Shown piece by piece: positions 8,945 through 19,530 of a stretch of 64,000 nucleotides of DNA; within the stretch, counting starts at the first letter, position 1; each line of letters begins with the position of its first letter. Source of the DNA: Candidatus Levyibacteriota bacterium (GTDB taxonomy: Bacteria > Patescibacteriota > Microgenomatia > Levybacterales > UBA12049); NCBI GenBank assembly GCA_003152105.1, contig PLZJ01000002.1, positions 236,257 through 300,256 of the forward strand, in the 5' to 3' direction. Below the pieces are notes generated by a model. It was given only the letters and a program-made list of their open reading frames with translations, was not told the DNA's origin and made no database searches. The translations under genes and the position numbers were made by a program.

Positions 8945-9727
8945 TTAAGTCTCGACTATGTTTGTTGCATCTGAAAGTATAAAATCTCCTATTTTAACCC
9001 TTTTTATTTTATAAGCTAAACCATTTGAACGTAGGCTCTTACCTAATTCATTAGCAAGAGAACGAATATACGTACCGCTCGTACAAGAAACGCTGATATT
9101 AACTAAAGGAAAAGAAGTTGTTTTATGCTTATTCAAAAAGTTTTTCCATCCTACTAAAATTTCAGCTTGACGAAATGCACCTGATACGTTTTCTATATTG
9201 CATTTAGCATAGCTTAGAAGTTGTATGCCATTTATATAATAAAGTTTATTAATAGATATAGCATCTATGGTTATTTGTTTTGACGGAATAGTAATGCTGT
9301 TAATTTTATCTTCTCTTGCCCAATAAAATAGTGGTTTTCCTTGTACTCTTACCGAAGAGTATGGGGGATAACTTTGTTTATAAGTGCCTATAAATTTATT
9401 AATACTTTTTGATAGTTTTTTATCTAGATTTAGATTGGATATAGGTTTAAATTGTATGATTTTACCTAATAAATCAAAAGTATCTGTGCCTATGCCTAGT
9501 AAAATTATAGCTTCATATGTTTTTACCAAGTTTTCATAGTATAATTTTTTCTTATTCTCCTCGTCTAGAAGAAGTAATAATAGTCCTTCAGCCATGGGAT
9601 CTAGTCTTCCAGCATACCCTATTTTGCTAGATTTATATTTAGGAAATTTTTTTTGAAAAAGTTTAACAGCTTGAAGCGGAGTAAGTCCTTGTGGTTTAGA
9701 GATTGTGACTATATCTTTATGTATCAT
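8945..9727 (-). CDS. truB: tRNA pseudouridine(55) synthase TruB
   Basis: KIGYAGRLDPMAEGLLLLL (TruB catalytic Asp motif) and GTYIRSLA blocks. Confidence 0.85.
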   Translation of the reverse strand: MIHKDIVTISKPQGLTPLQAVKLFQKKFPKYKSSKIGYAGRLDPMAEGLLLLLLDEENKKKLYYENLVKTYEAIILLGIGTDTFDLLGKIIQFKPISNLNLDKKLSKSINKFIGTYKQSYPPYSSVRVQGKPLFYWAREDKINSITIPSKQITIDAISINKLYYINGIQLLSYAKCNIENVSGAFRQAEILVGWKNFLNKHKTTSFPLVNISVSCTSGTYIRSLANELGKSLRSNGLAYKIKRVKIGDFILSDATNIVET

Positions 9728-9770
9728 ATTTTATTTGTCGACAAGAATGTAGGGATGATAAAGGATTTTA

Positions 9771-10526
9771 TTAAGATGAAATATTTAGAAAATTAAGAAT
9801 TTTTTCTATTTCCTCAAGTGAGTCAATAACTAAATTAGCGCCTGATTCTTCGAGTGTCTTTTTAGAGTAATTACCAGTTGGAATACCAATAGATTTAATA
9901 TTATTATCTCTTGCACATTTAATATCTGCAGGCGTATCTCCAATAATAACAAAGGCTTCGATCGGAATTGATGAAATCCCATACTTAACTTCAGCTCTCT
10001 CTTTTGCAATTGGTACAAGTTTTCTTCTTTCAAGTGCTAGGTTGCCAAATGAACCAAATTCAATAAAATCTTTCATACCAACTTGTGCTAGTCTTTCCCA
10101 AGCTACCGCTTCAGTATTGCCAGTTAGTACTCCAATAGGAATCTCGCGACGAGTTATTTCTTTAAACAAAGAAAGTGCTCCTGGAAGAGGCGTATAAGTG
10201 CCTTCATTGGCATGCGCAATAAAGTAATCTGCCATAATTGTTGCCAAAGATTCTAAGTTTTCAATAACGTCTTTTTCAGAAAGATTATGATTTGGACTAG
10301 TTAGTACCTCGTAAAATATTTGACTATCTGTTTTTCCGCTAGGATCTATTTCTCTTTTTTTGGCGTCAATATTAAATACTTTTTTAACCGCAACTGAAAA
10401 TCCTGTATCGTAAGCAGAATTTGTATCAGCTAAAAGTGTTCCATCAATATCAAAAAGTGGAATATGAACACCCTTTGCTAATAGTCTTTCAACAGAATTT
10501 GTTCTACTCAATTCGTTATTTTCCAT
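9771..10526 (-). CDS. HAD-superfamily hydrolase (beta-phosphoglucomutase/phosphatase-like)
   Basis: FDIDGTLL motif I near the N-terminus and IGDTPADIKCA motif IV. Overlaps the next gene by 11 nt. Confidence 0.7.
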   Translation of the reverse strand: MENNELSRTNSVERLLAKGVHIPLFDIDGTLLADTNSAYDTGFSVAVKKVFNIDAKKREIDPSGKTDSQIFYEVLTSPNHNLSEKDVIENLESLATIMADYFIAHANEGTYTPLPGALSLFKEITRREIPIGVLTGNTEAVAWERLAQVGMKDFIEFGSFGNLALERRKLVPIAKERAEVKYGISSIPIEAFVIIGDTPADIKCARDNNIKSIGIPTGNYSKKTLEESGANLVIDSLEEIEKILNFLNISS

Positions 10527-11217
10527 TCTTTTTTTCTAAAATAAAATAATCTCTAGGTACATACAGTAATGGTTTATTAAATAATTTTATAATTGTTTCT
10601 TTAGATTCTTTTGAAACGTCAGAATAATAGTTGTCGCAATAAATATTAAATAGTGTTTCTATATAGTATCCTTCTGCTTGAGCCTTCACGTCGGCAGTTA
10701 ATAATGTAAAGTTCCAATCTTTTCGAGAAGTAAAATACCCATCATTGAATGTGTCATGTAGCGCTACGACTTTAGTAACATACATAATTAATTTTTGTGA
10801 GAAGCCAAGAGGAGCAAGTAATTCTGGAATTAGAGTTGAGCCGTAGTATTGGTGACCAGGACTGGTTGTTGTTCCATCAGGGTGAATTGTTGTTATAGGT
10901 AGAACGTGTCCACCTTCTTTATATGAAAGTGCTTTACCAATATCATGTAGTAGAGCAATAAGCACCATGATGTTTCCCCTTTTTATCCCATCAATATGTT
11001 TATTGGCAAAATGAAAGTATAGCTCTCTTGCCTTATGATTGGTTATGAATTTACCTTTAATTTCTTTCTGGGCTATTTTCATTGTCTTGATAGAGTGATC
11101 ATAAACGGTTTCATTTTCATGCCAGAGATTATTTTCATTAACTGACTTAAGTTTTTTAAATATTTTATTTTTAATTAATGTTGCAATGATATATTCGATG
11201 TCCATAATATTTTCCAA
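10516..11217 (-). CDS. HD-domain phosphohydrolase
   Basis: H...LIALLHDIGK metal-binding HD motif. 233 aa. Confidence 0.65.
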   Translation of the reverse strand: MENIMDIEYIIATLIKNKIFKKLKSVNENNLWHENETVYDHSIKTMKIAQKEIKGKFITNHKARELYFHFANKHIDGIKRGNIMVLIALLHDIGKALSYKEGGHVLPITTIHPDGTTTSPGHQYYGSTLIPELLAPLGFSQKLIMYVTKVVALHDTFNDGYFTSRKDWNFTLLTADVKAQAEGYYIETLFNIYCDNYYSDVSKESKETIIKLFNKPLLYVPRDYFILEKKNGK

Positions 11218-11305
11218 TTATAATGCATTGACTTTTAAGAGAAAAGTAGTATTATTCCTAATACCTAGACCTTCATATATTTCAACAGCAGTAATAGAAT
11301 AAAGT

Positions 11306-11851
11306 TTGGAATTTATAATGAGCTTTTTTATTATCAACCTATTCATATTAGTTATAATACTCGTTTTATTATTATTACTTTCATGGGTTTGGCCACCTGA
11401 TTCTCCATGGTCTCCTTGGTGGAAGACAACTGCCGCGGTAGCTCATGTGGTCGTACGATTAGCAAAATTAACAAATAAAGATATAATATTTGAATTAGGT
11501 TGTGGGGATGCGGAGCATTTAATTGTTTTTGCAAAGAAATATAAAATTAGATGTGTCGGAGTAGAAATTGATCCATTGCGTTATTTGATTGCTAAGTGGA
11601 ATGTAAGAAGAAATAGACTTGATAAAAAAATTACCATACGAAAAGGTAATCTATATGATTGTGATATTTCTACAGCTACAGTGATATATGTTTATTTACT
11701 CCCAAGAGTTTTAAAGAAATTACTTCCAATATTTAAAAAACAATTAAAACCTGGAACTAAGATAATTAGTTACCGATACAAAATTGAAGGGTTAAAACAA
11801 ATCGGATTTGATGAGAAAAATATTATATATGTATATAAAGTTTCACGATAA
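11306..11851 (+). CDS. Class I SAM-dependent methyltransferase with N-terminal TM helix
   Basis: IFELGCGDAEHLIVFAKKY...VGVEIDP motif I/II of Rossmann-fold methyltransferases. Confidence 0.6.
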   Translation: MEFIMSFFIINLFILVIILVLLLLLSWVWPPDSPWSPWWKTTAAVAHVVVRLAKLTNKDIIFELGCGDAEHLIVFAKKYKIRCVGVEIDPLRYLIAKWNVRRNRLDKKITIRKGNLYDCDISTATVIYVYLLPRVLKKLLPIFKKQLKPGTKIISYRYKIEGLKQIGFDEKNIIYVYKVSR

Positions 11852-11988
11852 TAATATTTATTGTTCTTAAATAGCCTTGAGATATTTAAATACCCATTAA
11901 TTACTAAAAAGCCTCTCTTAATAAGGTAAATTAAGTTGCAGTTTTAACTAGTTTATGCAATTATCTTTGTGAAAACATAGTAATATAT

Positions 11989-13038
11989 TTATTTTATTTT
12001 AAGCAAAAGCCAACGTAGTCTGTTCGAAATTTTGTACAAATTATACAAACTATTATTCATTATTAAATCGTAACTTCCGATAAATTCAATTAGTTCTGGG
12101 CTATAACCAAGTTTTAATCTATGGAATCCATACCAAGAATCTTTGGTGTCAGGATTGGTTCCTAAAGAGCCCCACATATCGAATTTTTTTAGTCCATGTT
12201 TTTTACCAAATTCAATTACTTCCCACATCATTAAATTTGATGCCATTAAATTCCTAAATTGAGTACTTGATGCTCCGTAAGGATAATAAAGTGTGTCTTT
12301 AAATTCAAATAAAATCCAAGCTACTAAATCATAAGTGGTTTTATTTTCAATATTTTCATGACTCGCAATTAGCAAATGTGCTTTTAGATCATTTGAATTA
12401 CTGTGCAACGTATCCCACATTAGTCTATGATATCGTTTCGTATGAGCATAAAATTTTTGACGCGATGTAGTTTCTTTCATCAATCTCCAATAGACATCAA
12501 AATTATCACTTTCAGTAATTTTGACTCCATGTTTTTTTGCAACTTTAATATTGTAGCGTGTTTTTGAATGCATATTATTTCGTAGCTCTTCTTCCGTTTT
12601 AGTTAAATCAAGCATGAATGTAAATTTTGTAAAAAGAGGATGAGCTGAATCAACAATGTTAGGATGAGATGTTATATTTTTATTTTTATTTTCTTTAACC
12701 AACTCATTTGATTTACTGTCAAATATTTTTTCAATTACATTTGGTTCAAGTTGTATAAAAATACATTTTTCTATTTTGCCGATTCTATTTAATTCTTCGA
12801 GCATTTCTTCTTCGGGGTAGTTGCATTTTGGCACATAACCAATTGTAAATGGAGTATAAGGAATAGGATGAATAGTTATGCTAAATCCATCAATGAGCTT
12901 GTTGTCTTGAAAGATGCCTTTTCTAATAACCTTTATTCCGGTTTTTTTTCTGAATTCTCCCCATTCAAATGATTGTAGTGGATGAGAAATAACTTTGTTA
13001 TAGTCTTCTTTTTCGTCTAATTCTATATCGCGTATCAT
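11989..13038 (-). CDS. FemAB-family peptidoglycan interpeptide-bridge aminoacyltransferase
   Basis: LQSFEWGEFRKKTG N-terminal block, HSKTRYNIKVAKKHGV, and the YYPYGASS...WEVIEFGKKHG...DMWG blocks typical of the FemABX/MurM family. Confidence 0.7.
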   Translation of the reverse strand: MIRDIELDEKEDYNKVISHPLQSFEWGEFRKKTGIKVIRKGIFQDNKLIDGFSITIHPIPYTPFTIGYVPKCNYPEEEMLEELNRIGKIEKCIFIQLEPNVIEKIFDSKSNELVKENKNKNITSHPNIVDSAHPLFTKFTFMLDLTKTEEELRNNMHSKTRYNIKVAKKHGVKITESDNFDVYWRLMKETTSRQKFYAHTKRYHRLMWDTLHSNSNDLKAHLLIASHENIENKTTYDLVAWILFEFKDTLYYPYGASSTQFRNLMASNLMMWEVIEFGKKHGLKKFDMWGSLGTNPDTKDSWYGFHRLKLGYSPELIEFIGSYDLIMNNSLYNLYKISNRLRWLLLKIK

Positions 13039-14885
13039 AGATATTCGGGGACATCATTGTCCTGATCTATATGTGAATAAAGGCTTCGCTTAACTATATG
13101 TTCAGGTAATTCAAATAAAAAGCGTGAAACAGTATTTGCACTTCTTTGACCGAAAAATAATCGTTTTCGAGCATATGATAAAAAAAGCTTTTTTTCAGCT
13201 CTCGTAATTCCTACATAACATAATCTACGTTCTTCCTCTAATTCGTTTTTATCCATAAGAGACCTGCTGTGTGGAAATAGTCCCTCTTCCATTCCTACCA
13301 TAAAAACAATAGGAAATTCAAGGCCTTTTGCTGCATGAAGAGTCATGAGTGTAATTGCATTCTTTTTATCATCATTTCCTGGATGATCTGGCATGTATTC
13401 TTGTTCCACCAGGGCTACATTTTCAAGAAAATTGATTAGATCAGGAAAATTCAATGCAACCGAACGAAGTTCTCTTATATTCTCTAGTCTTCCTCTGTCT
13501 TCCTCATCTTTATCATCATATATTTCTAAATATTGTGTCCCTTTAAGAATTGCATCAAGTAGCTCTAATGTGTTTATTTCTTCACCTTGTTGTTTATTTT
13601 TAAGTTCCAATGATATATCGGCAAATTTCTGCATTCGACCTTTCCCAAGTTTTTCAATTCGTTTATGTGAAACTAAATCATTATTATTAATGTAAAGTCT
13701 AAGATATGATATTACATCTTTAATTTCTTTTCTTTCGTAAAATCTAGTCCCTCCAACTAAACGATAAGGAATACTTTTATGTAAAAAGGCCTCTTCAAGA
13801 GTTCTAGATTGTGCATTGGTTCTATAAAGTACAGCAATGTCGTTTAAGTTCTTGATATTATGAGCGTGTATCTGGCGAATTATAAAATCAGCCTCATCTT
13901 GCTCATTAGTAGATTCATATATTACGATCTCATCTCCTGTAGCATTTTTAGTCCATAAAGAAAGAATAGGATGAGTTTTATTTTTTTGTATAATTGCTGT
14001 AGCTGCGTCTAAAATATTCTGCGTGGAACGATAGTTTTGAGAAAGAGGAAATGTTTTAGCGTTTGGAAAATCTGTTTTAAACTTTAATAGATTTTGAAAA
14101 TCTGCTCCTCTCCAAGAATATATGCTTTGCGAAAAATCTCCAACAATAGAGATATTTTTCCATTTTCCGCTTAGCAGTTTGGTTAACTGATATTGTGCGT
14201 GATTTGTATCTTGATATTCATCAACAAGAATATATTGAAATCTATATTGATATTTAGTTAATATTTCAGGATTCTCTTTAAGAAGTTGCACTGTTTTTAA
14301 TATTAAATCATCGAAATCTACCGCATCATTTGTCTGGAGTAATTTTTGATAAACTCTGTATATTTGAGCAACCGTTTCTTGAAAACGACCCTTAGAAAAT
14401 GATTGATACGATTTTTCATCGATAAGTTGATTTTTTGCTCCAGAAATAGTTGCTAAAACCGATTGAGGCTTAAAATCTTTTGTAGATATTCCAAGAGTAT
14501 TCATTGCCTCTTTAATTACTTCTATTTGATCTTGTTTATCGTATATCACGTAAGAAGATGAAAGTCCTATGTATTTACCATCGATTCGAAGTAATCTTGA
14601 ACAGAATGAATGGAAAGTTGCTATTAAAGGTACTCCAGTATGAAGATTTGACTGCTTTATAAACGTTTCAATTCTGGTCTTCATTTCAGAAGCAGCTTTA
14701 TTTGTGAATGTTACAACCAATACATTTGAAGGATCAATACCTTTTTTTAGTAAATAGACAACTTTATAGGTAATGCATTTTGTTTTCCCACTTCCTGCAC
14801 CTGCCAAAATTATAATTGGCCCTTCTGTTTCTAAAACCGCTTTTTGTTGTTCAATATTTAAATCCTTGAGAAAGTTCTTTTCCAT
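13035..14885 (-). CDS. UvrD/PcrA-type ATP-dependent DNA helicase (short form, 616 aa)
   Basis: Walker A AGAGSGKT, the TFTNKAASEM motif Ia, the DEYQDTN motif II and later UvrD helicase motifs. Overlaps the FemAB gene by 4 nt. Confidence 0.85.
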   Translation of the reverse strand: MEKNFLKDLNIEQQKAVLETEGPIIILAGAGSGKTKCITYKVVYLLKKGIDPSNVLVVTFTNKAASEMKTRIETFIKQSNLHTGVPLIATFHSFCSRLLRIDGKYIGLSSSYVIYDKQDQIEVIKEAMNTLGISTKDFKPQSVLATISGAKNQLIDEKSYQSFSKGRFQETVAQIYRVYQKLLQTNDAVDFDDLILKTVQLLKENPEILTKYQYRFQYILVDEYQDTNHAQYQLTKLLSGKWKNISIVGDFSQSIYSWRGADFQNLLKFKTDFPNAKTFPLSQNYRSTQNILDAATAIIQKNKTHPILSLWTKNATGDEIVIYESTNEQDEADFIIRQIHAHNIKNLNDIAVLYRTNAQSRTLEEAFLHKSIPYRLVGGTRFYERKEIKDVISYLRLYINNNDLVSHKRIEKLGKGRMQKFADISLELKNKQQGEEINTLELLDAILKGTQYLEIYDDKDEEDRGRLENIRELRSVALNFPDLINFLENVALVEQEYMPDHPGNDDKKNAITLMTLHAAKGLEFPIVFMVGMEEGLFPHSRSLMDKNELEEERRLCYVGITRAEKKLFLSYARKRLFFGQRSANTVSRFLFELPEHIVKRSLYSHIDQDNDVPEYL

Positions 14886-14969
14886 AACGTATAATAAGCT
14901 ATCGGGTCATCAAAAGTGGTAATTTTTATATAACTTTGTAATGACAATGGGATAATGTAATTTTATCAT

Positions 14970-15626
14970 ATGAAGCAGCTTTATATTATTGGCAATTGGA
15001 AATCAAATAAAAATACGGTAGAAGCTAAGCAATGGTTGTATGAATTCGCAACATTAAAAAACAACAAACAAAATATAATTTCAATAGTTTGTCCTCCTTT
15101 GCAGCTGCTCTCATACGTGCACGCATATATTGAAGCAAACGATTTGCCTTTAAAAATTGGCGCACAGAATATATCTCCTTATGGAGATGGGGCATTCACT
15201 GGAGAAGTAAATGCAAGACAAATTAAAGAATTTGCTTCATATGTTATTATTGGGCATTCTGAAAGACGTCAGCATTTTTCCGAATCTGATCAAATGCTTG
15301 ATTTAAAAGTTAAACAAGCACTACAAGTAGGATTAGAAGTAATTTTTTGTGTGCAGAATGAAAGTACTCCTATACCAGAAAATGTTCAACTCGTAGCATT
15401 TGAACCAGTTTCCGCAATTGGAAGTGGTAATCCGGACTCACCTAAAGATGTTGAAGCGATTGCATCTAAGATCTTAAATAGAAATAAAGGCATAGTGATA
15501 TATGGGGGTAGTGTTACAGCGGAAAATGTTCATTCGTTCACTAGTTTAGAAAATATACACGGAGTGCTTGCTGGAGGAGAGAGCTTAGATCCAGATACAT
15601 TCTCAGAATTAATTACTTATGCGTAG
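14970..15626 (+). CDS. tpiA: Triose-phosphate isomerase
   Basis: GNWKSN, GAQN, IIGHSERR, EPVSAIGSG and YGGSV blocks. 218 aa is short for a TIM. Confidence 0.8.
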   Translation: MKQLYIIGNWKSNKNTVEAKQWLYEFATLKNNKQNIISIVCPPLQLLSYVHAYIEANDLPLKIGAQNISPYGDGAFTGEVNARQIKEFASYVIIGHSERRQHFSESDQMLDLKVKQALQVGLEVIFCVQNESTPIPENVQLVAFEPVSAIGSGNPDSPKDVEAIASKILNRNKGIVIYGGSVTAENVHSFTSLENIHGVLAGGESLDPDTFSELITYA

Positions 15627-16761
15627 ACGAAGTCTTCCTAAGCGCACTAACTCTCGTAGATTTGGTTCGATTAAGAAATTCATTTATATACTAATTTTTA
15701 TCGTACTTTTATTAGTAGGTATCAAGGTATTAGTTATAGCAAAATCATATGGGCCATTTATTTTTCAACTAATTTTTAATCATGATATATCACTATCTTC
15801 AAATAACGGACAAGTTAATATACTGCTTTTAGGTATTGGTGGTGCATCACATGATGGGCCTAATTTAACTGATACTATAATTCTTGCAAGCGTGGATCAA
15901 TCAAAGAATAGTTTAACCCTCCTTTCTATCCCAAGAGATTTATGGATTCCCGAAATGAAGGGTAAAATTAACACGGCATACGCAATTGGTCAAAATAAGC
16001 AATTAGGGGATGGTTTAATATTAGCTAAAGCAGCGGTGGAACGGGTAACTGGTCAACAAATTAACTATGGAGTAAGATTGGATTTTGGTGGTTTTGTTAA
16101 GGCAGTTAATTTACTGGGTGGATTAAATATAGATGTGGTAAGGACATTTGATGATTATCAATATCCAATTGAAGGAAAAGAAGACGATACATGCGGAGAA
16201 TCTCAACAGCAAATACAAGATATCGCAACTGCATCTTCTGAATTGGAAGCATTTCCATGTCGCTATAAACATATTCACTTTACGAGTGGATTGCAGCATA
16301 TGGATGGAGAAACAGCTCTGGAATACGTAAGATCGAGGCATGCAATTGGGATCGAAGGGTCTGATTTTGCAAGATCAGCACGAGAAGAAAAAGTAATAGC
16401 TACATTAAAAAATAAAATATTATCCGCAGAAACTTTACTAAACCCATCAAAGATTATTGCTTTATATGAGGTTCTTAAGGATAGCGTGGATACTGATATT
16501 CCAGAAGATAAATTTGATGATTTTATTCGATTAGGCCAGAAACTTCGTGGTGCAAAAATTCATACGTATGTTATTGATGAAGGTGATACCACGCAGAATC
16601 GACCGGGTCTTTTAATAAATCCCACATCAAATTTGCAGGACTATGGATTTCAATGGACTTTAATACCAAGAGTTGGAAACGGAAATTATTCAGAGATTCA
16701 AAAATATACAAACTGCATTCTTATTAGTGTAAATTGTACTGTTGCAAAGACGTCGATGTAG
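15619..16761 (+). CDS. LytR-CpsA-Psr (LCP) family cell-envelope phosphotransferase
   Basis: Short cytoplasmic tail, one TM, then VNILLLGIGG...TDTIILASVD...LLSIPRDLWI typical LCP blocks. Overlaps tpiA by 8 nt. Confidence 0.75.
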   Translation: MRRRSLPKRTNSRRFGSIKKFIYILIFIVLLLVGIKVLVIAKSYGPFIFQLIFNHDISLSSNNGQVNILLLGIGGASHDGPNLTDTIILASVDQSKNSLTLLSIPRDLWIPEMKGKINTAYAIGQNKQLGDGLILAKAAVERVTGQQINYGVRLDFGGFVKAVNLLGGLNIDVVRTFDDYQYPIEGKEDDTCGESQQQIQDIATASSELEAFPCRYKHIHFTSGLQHMDGETALEYVRSRHAIGIEGSDFARSAREEKVIATLKNKILSAETLLNPSKIIALYEVLKDSVDTDIPEDKFDDFIRLGQKLRGAKIHTYVIDEGDTTQNRPGLLINPTSNLQDYGFQWTLIPRVGNGNYSEIQKYTNCILISVNCTVAKTSM

Positions 16762-16766
16762 ATACC

Positions 16767-18980
16767 TCACAATAATTTGTATATAGTTGTTTGTCCTGAA
16801 CGGAAAACAGGTTTTCCCAGAACAGAAAACTTTCCATCTTGTAGATTGGGATATTTTTCCCTCTCTAAATCTCCGACAAATACATATTTTACATGATATT
16901 TCTCAAGCAATGCTCTGGCTTGTGAGAGACTTGATGTTTCATACATTGTCTTCACTTCAGTTATTCGTGGAGCTGGGATGTCATATGTTCCTCTCCAAAG
17001 CCATTCATGCACTGTCCAGCCAAGTATAGTTGGTAGTCCAGTATTCGAGGATATTCTGGCGTAATCAGTATATGAATCTCCTTGTGCCTCAAGAATTACA
17101 GGGTTGCCTGATATATGCGCGTTAATCCAATTTATTGCCTGATAATCAGTAGGATATAAATTTTTAAGATATGTTGTTCCATTGAGTCCCACATACTGTT
17201 TTGGTATAGGATAGTATGAAGTAATAGCAAAATATGGATATATAGCAACAAGAGATAATCCTATTAAAGCAAAAAAAGCCCATACAAGCAAAAATCCAAT
17301 ATGTAATTTTTTAATACGGTTTGCCTTAATGTAAGTGACTATCCTTATTAAGATATAAGCGCTTGAAATGGAAAGCATCATAAATGCCTGATAAACAAAC
17401 TTAAACATTGTGTTTGCTCTATAATAGGTTGGATAAATATCTTTTACGTAAAAAAATTCAGGAATTATGATAAGTATTGTTGAAAGGAGAATTAAAGCAA
17501 TAACAAAATAATCAATATCAATAATTTTCTTGGTCTTTTTTAAAAATACAATAAAAGAAAGTACCCAAAAATAGAAAAATCCATAAAGAATAAAAAGTTG
17601 CCAAAGAGGAGATCTTTCACAATGATTTGCCTCAAACAAAAATGGGCCAATTTTACCTTTTTGAATTAAAAAGTTTGGCGCACAAATCACCCCTATACCA
17701 GATACAAATGGTTTGAAAAATAAAGAAAATGGTAATGCAAATACAATCCCACCACATATCAGTATAATGATTATAAGAATTAGAATATACATTTGATCTA
17801 TACCTTTTTTTATATCTTTTAGATTCCTAGAAAAAATTAAACTTAAAATAATAAGTGTTAATAAGAAATAAATAAAAGCATCCCATGCATTTGTCATATA
17901 CATTATTGCAAAGAGAAAACATAATGTAGTTAATTCAAATGCCCAATTGCTAAAGATAAGTTTAATTGTTGCGAATGATTCCTCTTTATTAACAGAAGGT
18001 AATTTTTTGAAAAATAATGAAAGTAAAATTGCTACTGTGAGTAATACAAAGGGTATATCTAATACGTGGCCATGTAGATCTGATACTACAAAAGAATAAA
18101 TTGGGAATTCGTGAATGGTGTGATAGATAAAACGAGTTGCATTTGGATACCAATAGGCATTTGGAAATGTAAATGGTGAAAATTTCAATTGCCAAAAAGG
18201 TACAGGATAATCATTTTGATATGGCTTAAAAAAAGTATATATAGTATGTAGGTTTCCACCAAGGGTAACTAAAAAGCTCGTAATAATTCCTCCGGCTATT
18301 AATCGTATCCAACCTAGTTTTTTCCCAATATGTGAGTAAAGGGTAATACCAATAGAGAAAGAACCCATAAAGGTAAATGAAAATAAAGTTGCCAACATTA
18401 AATTAAATGTTATCGTAGAGCTTATGCCCGATAATTTTGTTAACACGGCAGTAATAAAATGACCAAAATAATAATAATTTATAGAATAAGGGGTAAACCA
18501 TATATCTGTTGGAGGGAAATAAGTACTTCGCAATATTGAATTTAGAAATCCAAAATCCATGTATTTCTCTAAACCATGTATGTCGGGTTGGTAACCACGA
18601 ACATAGCTCCAGGCTATTAGACCAATTAAAAATAAACATTCTTCTATGACAAAAATCTTCCAATTTGAAAAGACGCTTTTTAGATGCATTTTTTTTGGAG
18701 GAACTGAAAATGAACCGCTTTTTACCGATATGTATAGAAAAATAAATATAAAAATACATAGCATGCTTACAATCTCGATTTGAGAAAATGTCGCTAGGTG
18801 CAAGGTACCAAGTATAAATATGACATAGGAAACGATAGCACTTCCAATAATTTTTGAGAAAATATAACCTTTATCTATGAATGAAGGAAGAAGTCGTTTT
18901 GAAAATGGCAGAAAAATAATCCCTATTATAAAAAGTAAAATCCACCAATGTAGGATATTGATAAGATCGAAATACCACAT
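16767..18980 (-). CDS. Large polytopic membrane protein of the DUF2298/YYY-domain class (putative GT-C-type glycosyltransferase)
   Basis: 737 aa with more than 12 TM helices. Contains the SINYYYFGHF YYY motif characteristic of the Chloroflexi/Archaea YYY domain. A soluble domain sits at the C-terminus. Confidence 0.55.
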   Translation of the reverse strand: MWYFDLINILHWWILLFIIGIIFLPFSKRLLPSFIDKGYIFSKIIGSAIVSYVIFILGTLHLATFSQIEIVSMLCIFIFIFLYISVKSGSFSVPPKKMHLKSVFSNWKIFVIEECLFLIGLIAWSYVRGYQPDIHGLEKYMDFGFLNSILRSTYFPPTDIWFTPYSINYYYFGHFITAVLTKLSGISSTITFNLMLATLFSFTFMGSFSIGITLYSHIGKKLGWIRLIAGGIITSFLVTLGGNLHTIYTFFKPYQNDYPVPFWQLKFSPFTFPNAYWYPNATRFIYHTIHEFPIYSFVVSDLHGHVLDIPFVLLTVAILLSLFFKKLPSVNKEESFATIKLIFSNWAFELTTLCFLFAIMYMTNAWDAFIYFLLTLIILSLIFSRNLKDIKKGIDQMYILILIIIILICGGIVFALPFSLFFKPFVSGIGVICAPNFLIQKGKIGPFLFEANHCERSPLWQLFILYGFFYFWVLSFIVFLKKTKKIIDIDYFVIALILLSTILIIIPEFFYVKDIYPTYYRANTMFKFVYQAFMMLSISSAYILIRIVTYIKANRIKKLHIGFLLVWAFFALIGLSLVAIYPYFAITSYYPIPKQYVGLNGTTYLKNLYPTDYQAINWINAHISGNPVILEAQGDSYTDYARISSNTGLPTILGWTVHEWLWRGTYDIPAPRITEVKTMYETSSLSQARALLEKYHVKYVFVGDLEREKYPNLQDGKFSVLGKPVFRSGQTTIYKLL

Positions 18981-18983
18981 ACG

Positions 18984-19526
18984 TTAATTTTGAAATACAC
19001 CTTGGAGAGATGTTATTGCAAAAAGATTGGTTGAAAGTTTTTTTTGCACCTGAGGATTTAACCAATAAAATTTAACAGATTTGTTATTCGTTGCTAAATA
19101 TTTAAGTAAGGCAAGATCGTCATCAATATAGATGTTTATTTTTAAAGTCTTAATCTTGTCGTCCTTAAACTCATGCGCCTGAAGATTATTATAGTTAAAA
19201 TATAAGCCATCAAAAATAGCATCAAGTTTGTATTTTTTAACAACATTTTCAGTGCGTTTTCTTAGGAAAGAATATCTACTGGAAATTAAGTAGTATTTAT
19301 TATTTTTATTACTGACTAGTTTTTCTAAAAATGCAATGTTATTTTTAATTGGCCTTCTCAAAATAGGTAAATGAGAAAGATTTCGAAATATTTGTTCAGG
19401 TTGATTCGGAATTCTATAAGTTAGTTTTTCCGCAGACTCATTTTTATAAAATCGATCTATAAGACGAGGAGAAATAAAGGGAGGGTAGTTTATAAAAACC
19501 TTATCTAAGTCAAATCCGATATTCAT
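18984..19526 (-). CDS. HAD-like hydrolase (hypothetical)
   Basis: GFDLDKV (DxD), LISSR and YIDDD blocks resemble HAD motifs I-III. Weak. Confidence 0.35.
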   Translation of the reverse strand: MNIGFDLDKVFINYPPFISPRLIDRFYKNESAEKLTYRIPNQPEQIFRNLSHLPILRRPIKNNIAFLEKLVSNKNNKYYLISSRYSFLRKRTENVVKKYKLDAIFDGLYFNYNNLQAHEFKDDKIKTLKINIYIDDDLALLKYLATNNKSVKFYWLNPQVQKKLSTNLFAITSLQGVFQN

Positions 19527-19530
19527 AACA

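Noticed and set aside
13393-13695. 100-aa plus-strand ORF
   Set aside because: Antisense to the UvrD/PcrA helicase, and serine/leucine-rich low complexity.
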